This document shows, piece after piece, positions 28,275 through 37,444 of a stretch of DNA of 64,000 bases (the stretch's first letter is position 1; each line of letters begins with the position of its first letter). Source of the DNA: an uncultured Christensenella sp. (lineage in GTDB: Bacteria > Bacillota > Clostridia > Christensenellales > UBA1242); NCBI GenBank assembly GCA_964434265.1, contig CAYSUK010000001.1:175126-239125 (forward strand), given 5' to 3'. A model generated the notes under the pieces. The model was given only the letters and a program-made list of their open reading frames with translations, was not told the origin of the DNA and ran no database searches. A program made the translations under genes and the position numbers.

Positions 28275-29279
28275 CTACATAAGTTTTCTTATAACAAAGA
28301 ATACTAGCAACAATGACACAATAGCAATTAAAAAGTAACTCATATTGATACCGAATATTTCAAAATTAAATGCATTACTTAACACATTAAAAGGGGCATC
28401 AATTATAGAAAATATCAAATTTTTAAAAGTAGATTGACCGTTTACAGTATCAGACTCCCCCATATTATAACCATCTGAATAGCCTTGATTAAATCGATCA
28501 CTACCATAATCTATATATTGAGTTTTGTTATACATACCATAATCAGACGGATTTTGTTTGACGTTATCAATACCATCATTATATCCACTTTCATATCCAC
28601 TATCGTATGCATTATCGTATGCATTTTTAGATACCAAATCATAATCAGATGGATTGTCAGTTACTAAATGTGTACCATCACTTACACCAGCATTATACCC
28701 TTCTTCATAACCATAATTACTATCAAAACCATTATTATAGAAATAGCATGCAGAACTAATACAATTAGGCGCACAATATATTCTAGAACCATCAATTTTA
28801 TGAATAAAAACCAACCCCATAACATTTAGAGAATCAAAAAATGATGATAAAGAACTATCAATATTAGGATCATAAGTATTAACAGTAGGATATGTATATT
28901 TTAAAGTTACAAAATTATAAGAGTTTGAATGACTTAACAAAGTAAAATTATCAGGTATGATATCATTATAATAATCATACACATAATAATCATAATCAGT
29001 ATCATAATTTTTAAATGTAAAAGCGTAAAATTTAAAAGTATATGTACATGTTGAAGAAGAAACATCATGAGTCCAAGAAGACAGAGACAAATCTTCACTT
29101 AAATTCATATCATAACTCTTACCATATGGAGAGAAACAATATGTATTACTTATATTTAATGCACCTACAACTGCAACAATACTAAGCATAAGACACATAA
29201 TATAACTAAAAAGGTGGTATTTAGACACCACCTTTTTCTTATATATAGTGTCACAATTATTATTAAACATAATAGACAC
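28275..29279 (-). CDS. pIII-like minor coat/adsorption protein candidate
   Basis: 334 aa with an N-terminal signal anchor and a C-terminal TM anchor (YFLIAIVSLLLVFFVIRKLM). The middle region has Y/D/N/G-rich repeats (GYNxG...NPSDY). It directly follows the major coat candidate. Confidence 0.5.
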   Translation of the reverse strand: MSIMFNNNCDTIYKKKVVSKYHLFSYIMCLMLSIVAVVGALNISNTYCFSPYGKSYDMNLSEDLSLSSWTHDVSSSTCTYTFKFYAFTFKNYDTDYDYYVYDYYNDIIPDNFTLLSHSNSYNFVTLKYTYPTVNTYDPNIDSSLSSFFDSLNVMGLVFIHKIDGSRIYCAPNCISSACYFYNNGFDSNYGYEEGYNAGVSDGTHLVTDNPSDYDLVSKNAYDNAYDSGYESGYNDGIDNVKQNPSDYGMYNKTQYIDYGSDRFNQGYSDGYNMGESDTVNGQSTFKNLIFSIIDAPFNVLSNAFNFEIFGINMSYFLIAIVSLLLVFFVIRKLM

Positions 29280-29287
29280 CCCCTACA

Positions 29288-29506
29288 CTATCTATTGCGA
29301 ACCATACGAATTGCACCATATACCAAGCCAATAGCCATACTAATACCTAGAAATACTAGACCAAATTCAGCAACACTAGAAAGTACTTTTGTACTGGCTT
29401 CCGGGTCTTCATAAAGAATATTTAGAAAAGCCGTTTTTATACCACTAGCAAGATTTGTAATAGTAGTTGTAAAACCAGTGAATATTTTAGAAACTATATC
29501 TGCCAT
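29288..29506 (-). CDS. pVIII-like major coat protein candidate
   Basis: 72 aa. The C-terminal 40 aa show the classical inovirus coat layout: acidic EDPEAS, a hydrophobic helix AEFGLVFLGISMAIGLVYGAI, and a basic tail RMVRNR. Confidence 0.55.
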   Translation of the reverse strand: MADIVSKIFTGFTTTITNLASGIKTAFLNILYEDPEASTKVLSSVAEFGLVFLGISMAIGLVYGAIRMVRNR

Positions 29507-29697
29507 TAGTCAATAACACCCCCTTTTTCATCGTATTTGTGGAATTTTAACAAATACTTAAATAGTTTTTTGTTATCTTCCTTAACTTGTAGAGATATTT
29601 TTTCGCCGTCGATTATTGTGGACAACTCATAATACTCTACACATTCGCCGTCTTTTTCAAACGACTTTTTAACAATACACAAATCAAATTTTTTCAT
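29506..29697 (-). CDS. small phage protein (possible ssDNA-binding or regulatory protein)
   Basis: 63 aa, the first ORF of the structural operon, with a GGAGG RBS. Its stop overlaps the coat gene start by 1 nt. No recognisable motif. Confidence 0.4.
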   Translation of the reverse strand: MKKFDLCIVKKSFEKDGECVEYYELSTIIDGEKISLQVKEDNKKLFKYLLKFHKYDEKGGVID

Positions 29698-29791
29698 TTT
29701 TTAATACCTCCATATAAATTTTATTGTGTACAGATAATAACTACTTCGCAAAAGACACTATTTTGCAAACAATTTTTAATGATACACTATT

Positions 29792-29826
29792 AAAAAAAAG
29801 TACTAACCTTTTTTAACAGTTAGTAC
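29792..29826 (-). terminator. minus-strand terminator insulating the phage operon from upstream host transcription
   Basis: On the minus strand: GTACTAAC-tgttaaaaaag-GTTAGTAC followed by T8. Confidence 0.5.
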
Positions 29827-29854
29827 CAATCATATAATTATAAAGTAGATAACA

Positions 29855-29901
29855 AAACTTATTCGCAAAACTATGGTCACTTTTGCGAATAGTTTGTTAC
29901 T
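29855..29901. repeat. right boundary repeat (putative attR), hairpin-forming
   Basis: AAACTTATTCGCAAAA-ctatggtcac-TTTTGCGAATAGTTTGTTACTA with a perfect 11-bp stem TATTCGCAAAA/TTTTGCGAATA. Imperfect direct copy of 24671-24711. Confidence 0.5.
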
Positions 29902-29990
29902 ATGCTTATATCCGGCAAGTATTGCTAAAATTATCATAAGCACAAAAAACAACTACTTTCTACTCCACTAAAAAGTTGTTGTAGTTGTTT

Positions 29991-30668
29991 TTATCTGCAA
30001 AGTTCTAAAAGAAAACCTTTATTTTTTAAATCAGCCATATTTGATTTGTATTTTGGCATAACAGATTCTATCACTTTATAGAAAGTTTTCGAATGATTAA
30101 ACTCAATCAGGTGTGCCAACTCATGTATTATGATGTAGTCTATCACATTAGGTTTGAGCATAACAATTCTAAAATTAAATTTCAAATCTCCCCTTTTTGA
30201 GCAACTTCCCCACCTTGTTTTATTGTTCATTATCGATATCGAACGATAATTTAGCGACATTAATTTTGCAAAATATGGCACTCTATTAAGAAGAATTTCT
30301 TTACATAATCTTATGTATTCATTTGACACTTTTTTTACCAGTTCGGCATGGGTTAGATTTTGAGATATGTAAACCTTTTTGTTTTTTACATCCCACTCCA
30401 CATTCTTAATTTTTGCCACATCAACTCGTGTATACTCTTTTCCTAAGTATAATAATGTATCGTAATTTAGTACAGATTTGTTTTGGTTATTTCTAATTTG
30501 CATCTGCTCTTGTTTTAATTTTATCCATGGCTCTTTTTCAATTAGAAATTTATTAATTGTTTCCATTGGCAAATGTTTTGGCGCACGTACCACTATCTCC
30601 CCTGATTTGCTTACAGAAATACACAGTGTCTTTCTATAACTTCTTATTATATAATCAGGTTTTATCAT
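29991..30668 (-). CDS. YgjP-like (DUF45 / M48-related) zinc metallohydrolase
   Basis: HELAHLIEFNHS HExxH motif in a DUF45-typical context (...FYKVIESVMP). Start trimmed to the ATG at 30668 (MIKPDY) after AAGGAG. Confidence 0.8.
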   Translation of the reverse strand: MIKPDYIIRSYRKTLCISVSKSGEIVVRAPKHLPMETINKFLIEKEPWIKLKQEQMQIRNNQNKSVLNYDTLLYLGKEYTRVDVAKIKNVEWDVKNKKVYISQNLTHAELVKKVSNEYIRLCKEILLNRVPYFAKLMSLNYRSISIMNNKTRWGSCSKRGDLKFNFRIVMLKPNVIDYIIIHELAHLIEFNHSKTFYKVIESVMPKYKSNMADLKNKGFLLELCR

Positions 30669-30696
30669 ATAATTCTCCTTACGACTTATTAAAAAG

Positions 30697-30801
30697 TTTG
30701 CATAGTACCTATACATTAATATATCACAAAAGGGCTTTATCTCCTACTTTTTTAAAGTAATACTTTGCATAGTATATATAAAATTTTGAGTTTGCATAGT
30801 A
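30697..30801. repeat. three direct copies of TTTGCATAGTA in the divergent intergenic region (candidate operator sites)
   Basis: Exact 11-mers at 30697-30707, 30764-30774 and 30791-30801. A fourth 10-mer, TTGCATAGTA, lies at 24648-24657. Confidence 0.4.
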
Positions 30802-30807
30802 TTTTAT

Positions 30808-30836
30808 TTGACATAAATTGTCGAATTTATTATTAT
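30808..30836 (+). promoter_or_regulatory. sigma-A type promoter of the PadR-like gene
   Basis: TTGACA (30808-30813), 17 nt, then TATTAT (30831-30836). Confidence 0.45.
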
Positions 30837-30879
30837 TTAATTAATTATAATATATCACAATAATTTTGTGGAGGTTTTT

Positions 30880-32697
30880 ATGGCAAGAAAACTCAGAAAT
30901 GTTGCTTCTCGCGGCTCTGTAAACAACATAATTTTAGAGAGTCTTATGACTGGCCAAAAATATGGTTATGAGATTATAAAGGAAGTTGAAGAAAAAACAA
31001 ACGGCAAAATCAAATTAAAACAGCCCTCACTATATAGCAGTTTGAAACGTTTTGAAACTAAAAACATAATTACGTCATACTGGGGAGATAGTGAAATCGG
31101 TGGTCGCAGACACTATTATCTTCTTACAGATTATGGTAGAAAATATTGTGAAAAATTGTTACATAAAAATGAAGACAATATTGACATAGATTTAGATTCC
31201 GAATTTGAAGAAGAGATTGAAGACACCACAAATACTTCACAAGAAGATATAATTGAGAATGTTGATCAAGTAGAAGACCAAACATATGAAGTTGATGAGT
31301 CTGGTGATGAAGAAATCGACATAAATCAAAAGTATAGTAATTTTAGTGTTGAAGACAAAATGAAAGAATTGCTCGGAGAAGAAGATATCGATGATATTGA
31401 TGAAGAGATATTTCAAGAGACCAATCCAGAACCTACTCCACGAGAAACCTTCCTTGAAGATGTTAGACAAGATATTATTGACAATAATCCAATACTTACA
31501 GATAAAGATAATAGCGAAGAAATTCTAAATCAATTATATGACGAAATGGATAAAGACGAATTGGAAAATCCTAGCGAAGAATATGTTGAACCAGTAGTCG
31601 AACAAATAGTCCCTGACCACAACTTCTACAAACCCGTCCCACTAAGTGATTACAAAAACGAACGATATGAAGAAAGCTACAACATACTCTACAACAAAGA
31701 AACTCCAGTCGATCATAAAATAGTAGAAGAAAAAGTTGAATCTCCTACTCCCCAACAAGTTGTTGCAACTCGTAAGAAAAAGATAATAACTGACGAGTAC
31801 GGTATAACAAAATTAGTTTACGAAGATGAAGAAAACTGGAACAACCGTCCACAAGCATCAGCTATAATGACAAATGTAAACAATATTAATATCGACCTAG
31901 TTAAACTTGCCAACCAACCTGAAAAACAAAAACGAAACATATTGGACGAACTTAGTGACGAGGAACGTGAAGAAAGACATATTAAGTTTGTTCAAAAATT
32001 TGAAACAATAACAAACGAACGAAAAGCGCCTGCCTCTCAAACAAATAATATAGAAACAAAACCAAATATTGAGTATAAAGAAAAATTGAGCAATTTGTTT
32101 GTTGAAGACACTGAAGAGACAGCGGACCAAACTCCATATCTAGAAAAAGAACATGAAGTTGTTTCTACTCAAAACATTGCTAAAAGAGTTACTGACACTA
32201 TAGATGATTCAACAATAAACGTTAAAGTTTATTCAAAATCAAAAAATCAAGAACCATCTTCTACCTATTTACAAGTAAATAAGGTTAAATTTGCATTTGG
32301 AATCATTATGCTTATACTAATGCTTCTTGAACTCACCGTTGCAATGGTTATACTTAAAGATAAGGGCCTTTTATATAAAGACAAAATGTGGGCATTCCAA
32401 GTATGCTATGTAGTTGTTGGAATTGTGTGCCTACTCTATTGCGTACCAGTGTTTATAAGTCCAAACAAACAGTCAGCGAATACATTCAAACTTAGTTATG
32501 CAATAATATTTGGACTACTTGGATTTTTCGTATCTTTGATTTTAATCTATACCCTAAATACTTTTGGTGGATTATCATTAGAAAATGTGAAATACTTTAC
32601 TCCTACTATTGTTGCACCACTTGTACTCGCTTCAAACTTTATTGTTGGACCAGTTCTTTATAAAATCCTTACACTAAATAAAAAATTTTACCAATAA
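30880..32697 (+). CDS. PadR-family winged-helix regulator fused to a long acidic linker and a C-terminal polytopic membrane domain
   Basis: PadR wHTH (GQKYGYEIIKEV...LKQPSLYSSLKRFE...RRHYYLLTDYGRKY), a D/E-rich linker of ~350 aa, and 4-5 TM helices at the C-terminus. Start set to the ATG at 30880 after TGGAGG. Confidence 0.7.
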   Translation: MARKLRNVASRGSVNNIILESLMTGQKYGYEIIKEVEEKTNGKIKLKQPSLYSSLKRFETKNIITSYWGDSEIGGRRHYYLLTDYGRKYCEKLLHKNEDNIDIDLDSEFEEEIEDTTNTSQEDIIENVDQVEDQTYEVDESGDEEIDINQKYSNFSVEDKMKELLGEEDIDDIDEEIFQETNPEPTPRETFLEDVRQDIIDNNPILTDKDNSEEILNQLYDEMDKDELENPSEEYVEPVVEQIVPDHNFYKPVPLSDYKNERYEESYNILYNKETPVDHKIVEEKVESPTPQQVVATRKKKIITDEYGITKLVYEDEENWNNRPQASAIMTNVNNINIDLVKLANQPEKQKRNILDELSDEEREERHIKFVQKFETITNERKAPASQTNNIETKPNIEYKEKLSNLFVEDTEETADQTPYLEKEHEVVSTQNIAKRVTDTIDDSTINVKVYSKSKNQEPSSTYLQVNKVKFAFGIIMLILMLLELTVAMVILKDKGLLYKDKMWAFQVCYVVVGIVCLLYCVPVFISPNKQSANTFKLSYAIIFGLLGFFVSLILIYTLNTFGGLSLENVKYFTPTIVAPLVLASNFIVGPVLYKILTLNKKFYQ

Positions 32698-32704
32698 CAC
32701 TATA

Positions 32705-32733
32705 AAAACAACCACATTATTGTGGTTGTTTTT
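32705..32733. terminator. bidirectional terminator
   Basis: AAAACAACCACA-ttat-TGTGGTTGTTTT with flanking A and T runs. Confidence 0.75.
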
Positions 32734-32747
32734 CTCTTTTATATTCC

Positions 32748-33626
32748 TTATTCATTATTGCGTTTGTTAAAACCCAGTCTATCTAAAAACCACTTTTCTA
32801 TTTGTTCTTGATATTTATATGTACAGACCACAACAATAGAAATGATAATTGATAACACAATCCACACAGGTATCCCCCACCCACTAAAAGGAATAACAAA
32901 GCCACCGCCAAAATAACACATACATATCACACTAATCGGTCGAGTAATTGTTGTGGATACAAAGAAAAATTTATAATTCATTCGAGTAAGACCAGAAATA
33001 AGACAAAGTATATCATCGGGAAACATAGGAAGCAAAAATGCCATTGGTAGAAATAATTTGCCTTTTTTATTAAGAATATTGCTATATTTTACAACATTTT
33101 GCTCGCCGCTTATCCACGAAACAACACGAAAACCAAAAAATCGTCCTATAGCATACGAGATATTTGAGCCAAGCAAAACACCAAGTGAACAGTAAAGCCC
33201 ACCAACAAAAGGTCCATAAATTAATCCACCAGCTATGGCAATAACAGCTGCCGGAATGGGCAATATCACAACCTGACAAGCTTGAATAAGAATATACACC
33301 AAAATACCCATGCTTCCTGTCGACAGAATAAACTGCCTAAAAGATGCCACCGAATAAAAAATAGAAAGCATGTCTTTAGTGTAAAAATATAAATAACCAC
33401 CCAACAGAATAGCATACAATACATTTAAAACAAAAAACAACTTAACAATTGACTGCTTGGACGAAAAAGCACCAACAACAACAAACACATCAAAAGCGAT
33501 ACTAACAATAAAAAGTAAAAGTTTTGTAGTGTTTGTAATCCCTCTTCCAAACACGAAAATAGATATACATAGTGCTAACGAGCAAACAATCGATCCAACA
33601 ACAATAAAACAATTACTACGTTTCAT
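32748..33626 (-). CDS. TVP38/TMEM64 (DedA-related, VTT domain) membrane protein
   Basis: Polytopic membrane protein with the PMFPDDILCLISG-type VTT-domain motif. Confidence 0.7.
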   Translation of the reverse strand: MKRSNCFIVVGSIVCSLALCISIFVFGRGITNTTKLLLFIVSIAFDVFVVVGAFSSKQSIVKLFFVLNVLYAILLGGYLYFYTKDMLSIFYSVASFRQFILSTGSMGILVYILIQACQVVILPIPAAVIAIAGGLIYGPFVGGLYCSLGVLLGSNISYAIGRFFGFRVVSWISGEQNVVKYSNILNKKGKLFLPMAFLLPMFPDDILCLISGLTRMNYKFFFVSTTITRPISVICMCYFGGGFVIPFSGWGIPVWIVLSIIISIVVVCTYKYQEQIEKWFLDRLGFNKRNNE

Positions 33627-33731
33627 AAATTTCCTCTTGTATATTATATTAGAAGAAACGTTGTGATATAACTTTACATTTAGGATAAATTATATTATAA
33701 TTTATAAAACTATGATTAAAGGTGTTTGTAA

Positions 33732-34712
33732 ATGTCAACAAATGTTCCTAAATTTCAACAATCATCTCCTGCTAAGAAAAATTGTGTATTATTAGTCAAA
33801 AATCTTACAAAGACTTTTAATGATCGAATAGCAGTAAACAATATCTCCTTTGCCATAAATGAAGGAGAGATTTTTGGTTTTCTAGGCCCAAATGGTGCGG
33901 GTAAATCCACAACCATGAAAATGATATGTGGTCTTATGAAACCCACAAAAGGTTCGATTTTTATATGTGGCAAAAACATAAATACCGACCGTGAAAAAGC
34001 CCTAGAAAATTTAGGCGGGCTAATAGAAACACCACTTATGTATACATACATGTCTGGATATGACAATTTAAAATATTATGCTAGTTTGCACGGCAAAGTA
34101 TCCAAACAAGAAATACTAAATTATGCCAGAGTAGTGGGACTAGAAAACAGACTAAAAGACAAGGTCGGAACATATTCTTTAGGAATGAGACAAAGACTTG
34201 GCATTTGTCAAGCACTACTCCACAAACCAAAACTGCTAGTATTGGACGAACCAATAAGTGGTCTTGATCCTTCTGGAGTAAAAGAAATGCGTGACTTTTT
34301 AAAAAATTTGGCACGCAAACAAAAAATTGGCATTATGATTTCTAGCCACATGCTTGGAGAAATGGAAAACCTTTGCGATACTATCTGTATAATAAACCAA
34401 GGTTCGGTACTAGAAGTAAAAACACTCAACCAACTAAAAGCAGGTCAAGAAAACAGTAAAAAAATTAAGATTATGGTCGATTATCCAAACTTTGCTGGGA
34501 AAATTATACTAAACGAACTACGACTTCCTGTCGATGTCGCCGGCAACTGTGTAATTGTAAAAGCCGGAGATGCAAACATAAACAAAATAACTGAAAAACT
34601 CATATCCTACAACATTTCTATTTTTGGAATCGAAACAGTATACAAACCACTTGAAGAAGTATTTTTAGAAATAATCAACATCAAAAACAAGGGTAACAAT
34701 AGCATATTTTAA
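33732..34712 (+). CDS. ABC transporter ATP-binding protein
   Basis: Walker A GPNGAGKST, signature-like SLGMRQR, Walker B LLVLDEP. Confidence 0.9.
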   Translation: MSTNVPKFQQSSPAKKNCVLLVKNLTKTFNDRIAVNNISFAINEGEIFGFLGPNGAGKSTTMKMICGLMKPTKGSIFICGKNINTDREKALENLGGLIETPLMYTYMSGYDNLKYYASLHGKVSKQEILNYARVVGLENRLKDKVGTYSLGMRQRLGICQALLHKPKLLVLDEPISGLDPSGVKEMRDFLKNLARKQKIGIMISSHMLGEMENLCDTICIINQGSVLEVKTLNQLKAGQENSKKIKIMVDYPNFAGKIILNELRLPVDVAGNCVIVKAGDANINKITEKLISYNISIFGIETVYKPLEEVFLEIINIKNKGNNSIF

Positions 34713-34717
34713 GGAGT

Positions 34718-36850
34718 ATGAATATGCGTGGAATTTTACGTATAACACGAGCAGAATTTAATAAAATATTTAAAAAACCGGCAGTATATATTATGGCTGT
34801 CGTGTTGGTTTTGGCATGCCTTATATCGTTGTTTACATTTGCTCCATCAAATCGACAAGACGACAGAGTAAAGTTGTCAAAAGAAAATGCTGCTGAAAAT
34901 TACAACTTATTTATCAGCGATACTGGCAGTGACAACAAAAAGACATACGACGACCAAATAGACACCACTCTAAATGAGATAAACAGGGTCAAAACAAGAA
35001 ATCAAATATACACTACCCTACATAATTACAAAATCGTAATTGGGCAATGTTATGACAAAATATTGGCAAATGAGAGCAACCATAACACTCTCACAACTCT
35101 TAAGGATACTCTAAATAATGCCAGCACCTATTTTAAGACTATCGATAGTGACGAATATAATGATTACGAACAATATCTCAAATATATTCTAAATTCAAAT
35201 CACATATCCGTAACATTCAATACAAATACAATCACAGAAACCAATCAAAGTTACGTTCAAATACTACAAGCACAACTAAGCGATATATACAACAAAATTA
35301 AGGACGAAAACAATCCAACCAACATTAAGAATTTATTTCAAACAAACAATTATATCACAACAATAAACACCACCTTAGATAATCTTGAAAATTTTATTTC
35401 ATACACGCTAGAAAACATCATTGATGATATCAAAAACATAGAGACAGTATTTAAAAACTATTATTCCCAACAAGCCGGTTCGCTCTCGCCATCGGCAAGT
35501 AAGGATAAAGGCAAAAAAACACTTGAACAACTTAGCAGTAAAATCACAGAGTTTAAAAAAATCACTGACGAAATAGTAAAAGCTGACACAAACATAGCAC
35601 TCATATCAAAAACAAACAAAGAAAAACTAGACGCTATCATAACGCGTGTGTTGGACACAACAGACACAAACAAAATACTTGATAGCGATACAAATTCAAA
35701 ATTTGTTGAAATAGCATCAAACCTAAATGACGACAACTATGTAAATCAATTTAGTTCGTACATTGATATTTTGAAATATGTAGATTATACGGACGATGAG
35801 TTTATTGTAGAACTTGACAAACTCGTCGAGAAAATCAATGTAAATATGGATACACTTTTCACCGAAATAGAAACCTTAAAAACCGATGTTTCTACGACTA
35901 GAATTTACAACAGCATAACATCATACAAATTGATGTCCCAAACATTTAAAAATTTAGTCGATGATTTAATAACCAAAAACTCTATTAAAGACTTGTCAAA
36001 CAAAGAAATAACAAATCTATATGACTATAATTTGAAGGATTATAATCAATATTATCTAAACAACAATATCGCATACAACAATTATTATATTGACACAAAC
36101 ACTTATTCAAATAGTTATCTAAACACCTATCAATATGGTGTCAATATTGATTATGAAACAAGTGCCTACGACTACATATATGCATCGCTAAAAATATGCG
36201 CTTTCCTAATACTAATCTTCACAATGATGATGGCTGCATACCTTATAAGTAGCGAACACGATAGTGGCACTATAAAACTTCTGCTTATGCGACCATACAA
36301 ACGCGGCAAAATACTAGTTGCAAAAATGCTAGCGACACTATTCTTCTCACTTACATTCTTACTACTCGCTATTGTCGTGTCGACAGTGGGCGGTATGGTA
36401 ACATTTGGACTACCTACCCTTTCCAAAATGCTAGTTTCATTTAATGCTTCAAAAATGTTTGTCACTACTCCAGTAGTTATGCTCATGATATATGTTTCGA
36501 CAGTCATCTTGGATATTATATTCTTCTTGATACTCGCATACTTTGTAGCTGTAGTGTTCAAATCATTTGTAGGTACAGTTTCGGTGTCGTTTATAACTAT
36601 CCTTGTCACAGTTGTGCTAAATCTATCTCTATCAAACACATCTGCTTACAAATTTATACCCTTCACAAACATCAATTTGATTAGGTTTTTCGGACAAAAT
36701 GCTAGTTCAAATAAGGACATATTGTCAGTTTTGCTTTCCACTCCTATACAGTCGACCATGACAGTATGGCTTAGTCTAATAATAACCGTTTTGTTCTCTA
36801 CAATATTGTATTTGATAACATCAGCTACATTTAAAAAACGTGATTACTAG
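34718..36850 (+). CDS. ABC-2 type permease with a very large (~450 aa) extracytoplasmic domain
   Basis: One N-terminal TM, a long N/T/D/K-rich predicted helical domain, then five C-terminal TM helices. Immediately downstream of the ATPase gene (5-nt gap). Confidence 0.6.
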   Translation: MNMRGILRITRAEFNKIFKKPAVYIMAVVLVLACLISLFTFAPSNRQDDRVKLSKENAAENYNLFISDTGSDNKKTYDDQIDTTLNEINRVKTRNQIYTTLHNYKIVIGQCYDKILANESNHNTLTTLKDTLNNASTYFKTIDSDEYNDYEQYLKYILNSNHISVTFNTNTITETNQSYVQILQAQLSDIYNKIKDENNPTNIKNLFQTNNYITTINTTLDNLENFISYTLENIIDDIKNIETVFKNYYSQQAGSLSPSASKDKGKKTLEQLSSKITEFKKITDEIVKADTNIALISKTNKEKLDAIITRVLDTTDTNKILDSDTNSKFVEIASNLNDDNYVNQFSSYIDILKYVDYTDDEFIVELDKLVEKINVNMDTLFTEIETLKTDVSTTRIYNSITSYKLMSQTFKNLVDDLITKNSIKDLSNKEITNLYDYNLKDYNQYYLNNNIAYNNYYIDTNTYSNSYLNTYQYGVNIDYETSAYDYIYASLKICAFLILIFTMMMAAYLISSEHDSGTIKLLLMRPYKRGKILVAKMLATLFFSLTFLLLAIVVSTVGGMVTFGLPTLSKMLVSFNASKMFVTTPVVMLMIYVSTVILDIIFFLILAYFVAVVFKSFVGTVSVSFITILVTVVLNLSLSNTSAYKFIPFTNINLIRFFGQNASSNKDILSVLLSTPIQSTMTVWLSLIITVLFSTILYLITSATFKKRDY

Positions 36851-36885
36851 AAATAAAAATATGACCACTAATGTGGCCATATTTT

Positions 36886-37332
36886 TTATTGTTTTGTTTC
36901 AAGCTTAGCTATCTCTCCCCTAGCCAAAATATCGCATCGATTGTTAAGTTCGTTGTCGGCATGTCCCTTGACCTTTACCCAACTGATTTTGTGTGGTCTC
37001 ATCACATCAAGAAGTTCTTTCCATAGGTCTATGTTCTGTACTTCTTTTTTACTAGATGTACGCCAGTTGTTTGCGAGCCAATTTTGAATCCAACCTTGTT
37101 CAAAAGCATTTAAGGTGTACGCACTATCAGTATAGATAGTGACTTCACATGGCACTTTTAGCTTTTTAAGACCTTCTATCACCGCCGTGATTTCCATGCG
37201 GTTGTTTGTAGTATCAGCCACACAGTCAGCCCACTCTTTTTGCACACCATTGTATATAAGGATACAAGCATAACCGCCTGGCCCCGGATTTCCGATACAA
37301 CTACCATCTGTATATAAATCTACTTTCTTCAC
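36886..37332 (-). CDS. rnhA: ribonuclease HI
   Basis: DGSCIGNPGPGGY N-terminal motif and the conserved DEDD-type residues. 148 aa, GTG start after AGGAGA. Confidence 0.9.
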   Translation of the reverse strand: MKKVDLYTDGSCIGNPGPGGYACILIYNGVQKEWADCVADTTNNRMEITAVIEGLKKLKVPCEVTIYTDSAYTLNAFEQGWIQNWLANNWRTSSKKEVQNIDLWKELLDVMRPHKISWVKVKGHADNELNNRCDILARGEIAKLETKQ

Positions 37333-37398
37333 GTCTTTCTCCTACCCTTGCATTATATCAAATTTTATTAAATATAAAAAGCATTTGACACAAATTTA

Positions 37399-37427
37399 TT
37401 GACTAATCCTGCAATATAATATATAAT
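37399..37427 (+). promoter_or_regulatory. promoter of the stand-alone tRNA-Trp gene
   Basis: TTGACT (37399-37404), 17 nt, then TATAAT (37422-37427). The tRNA starts at 37445. Confidence 0.55.
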
Positions 37428-37444
37428 AACACTGTATCCTATAT

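Larger units (their letters stand above)
24671..29901 (-). mobile_element. integrated inovirus-like (filamentous ssDNA phage) element, ~5.2 kb
   Basis: Nine tightly packed minus-strand ORFs: a Rep_trans-type initiator, a Zot/pI-like ATPase, pVIII-like and pIII-like proteins and small membrane proteins. One opposite-strand cargo gene. No capsid, terminase or tail genes. Bounded by imperfect hairpin-forming direct repeats at 24671-24711 and 29855-29901. Confidence 0.7.
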
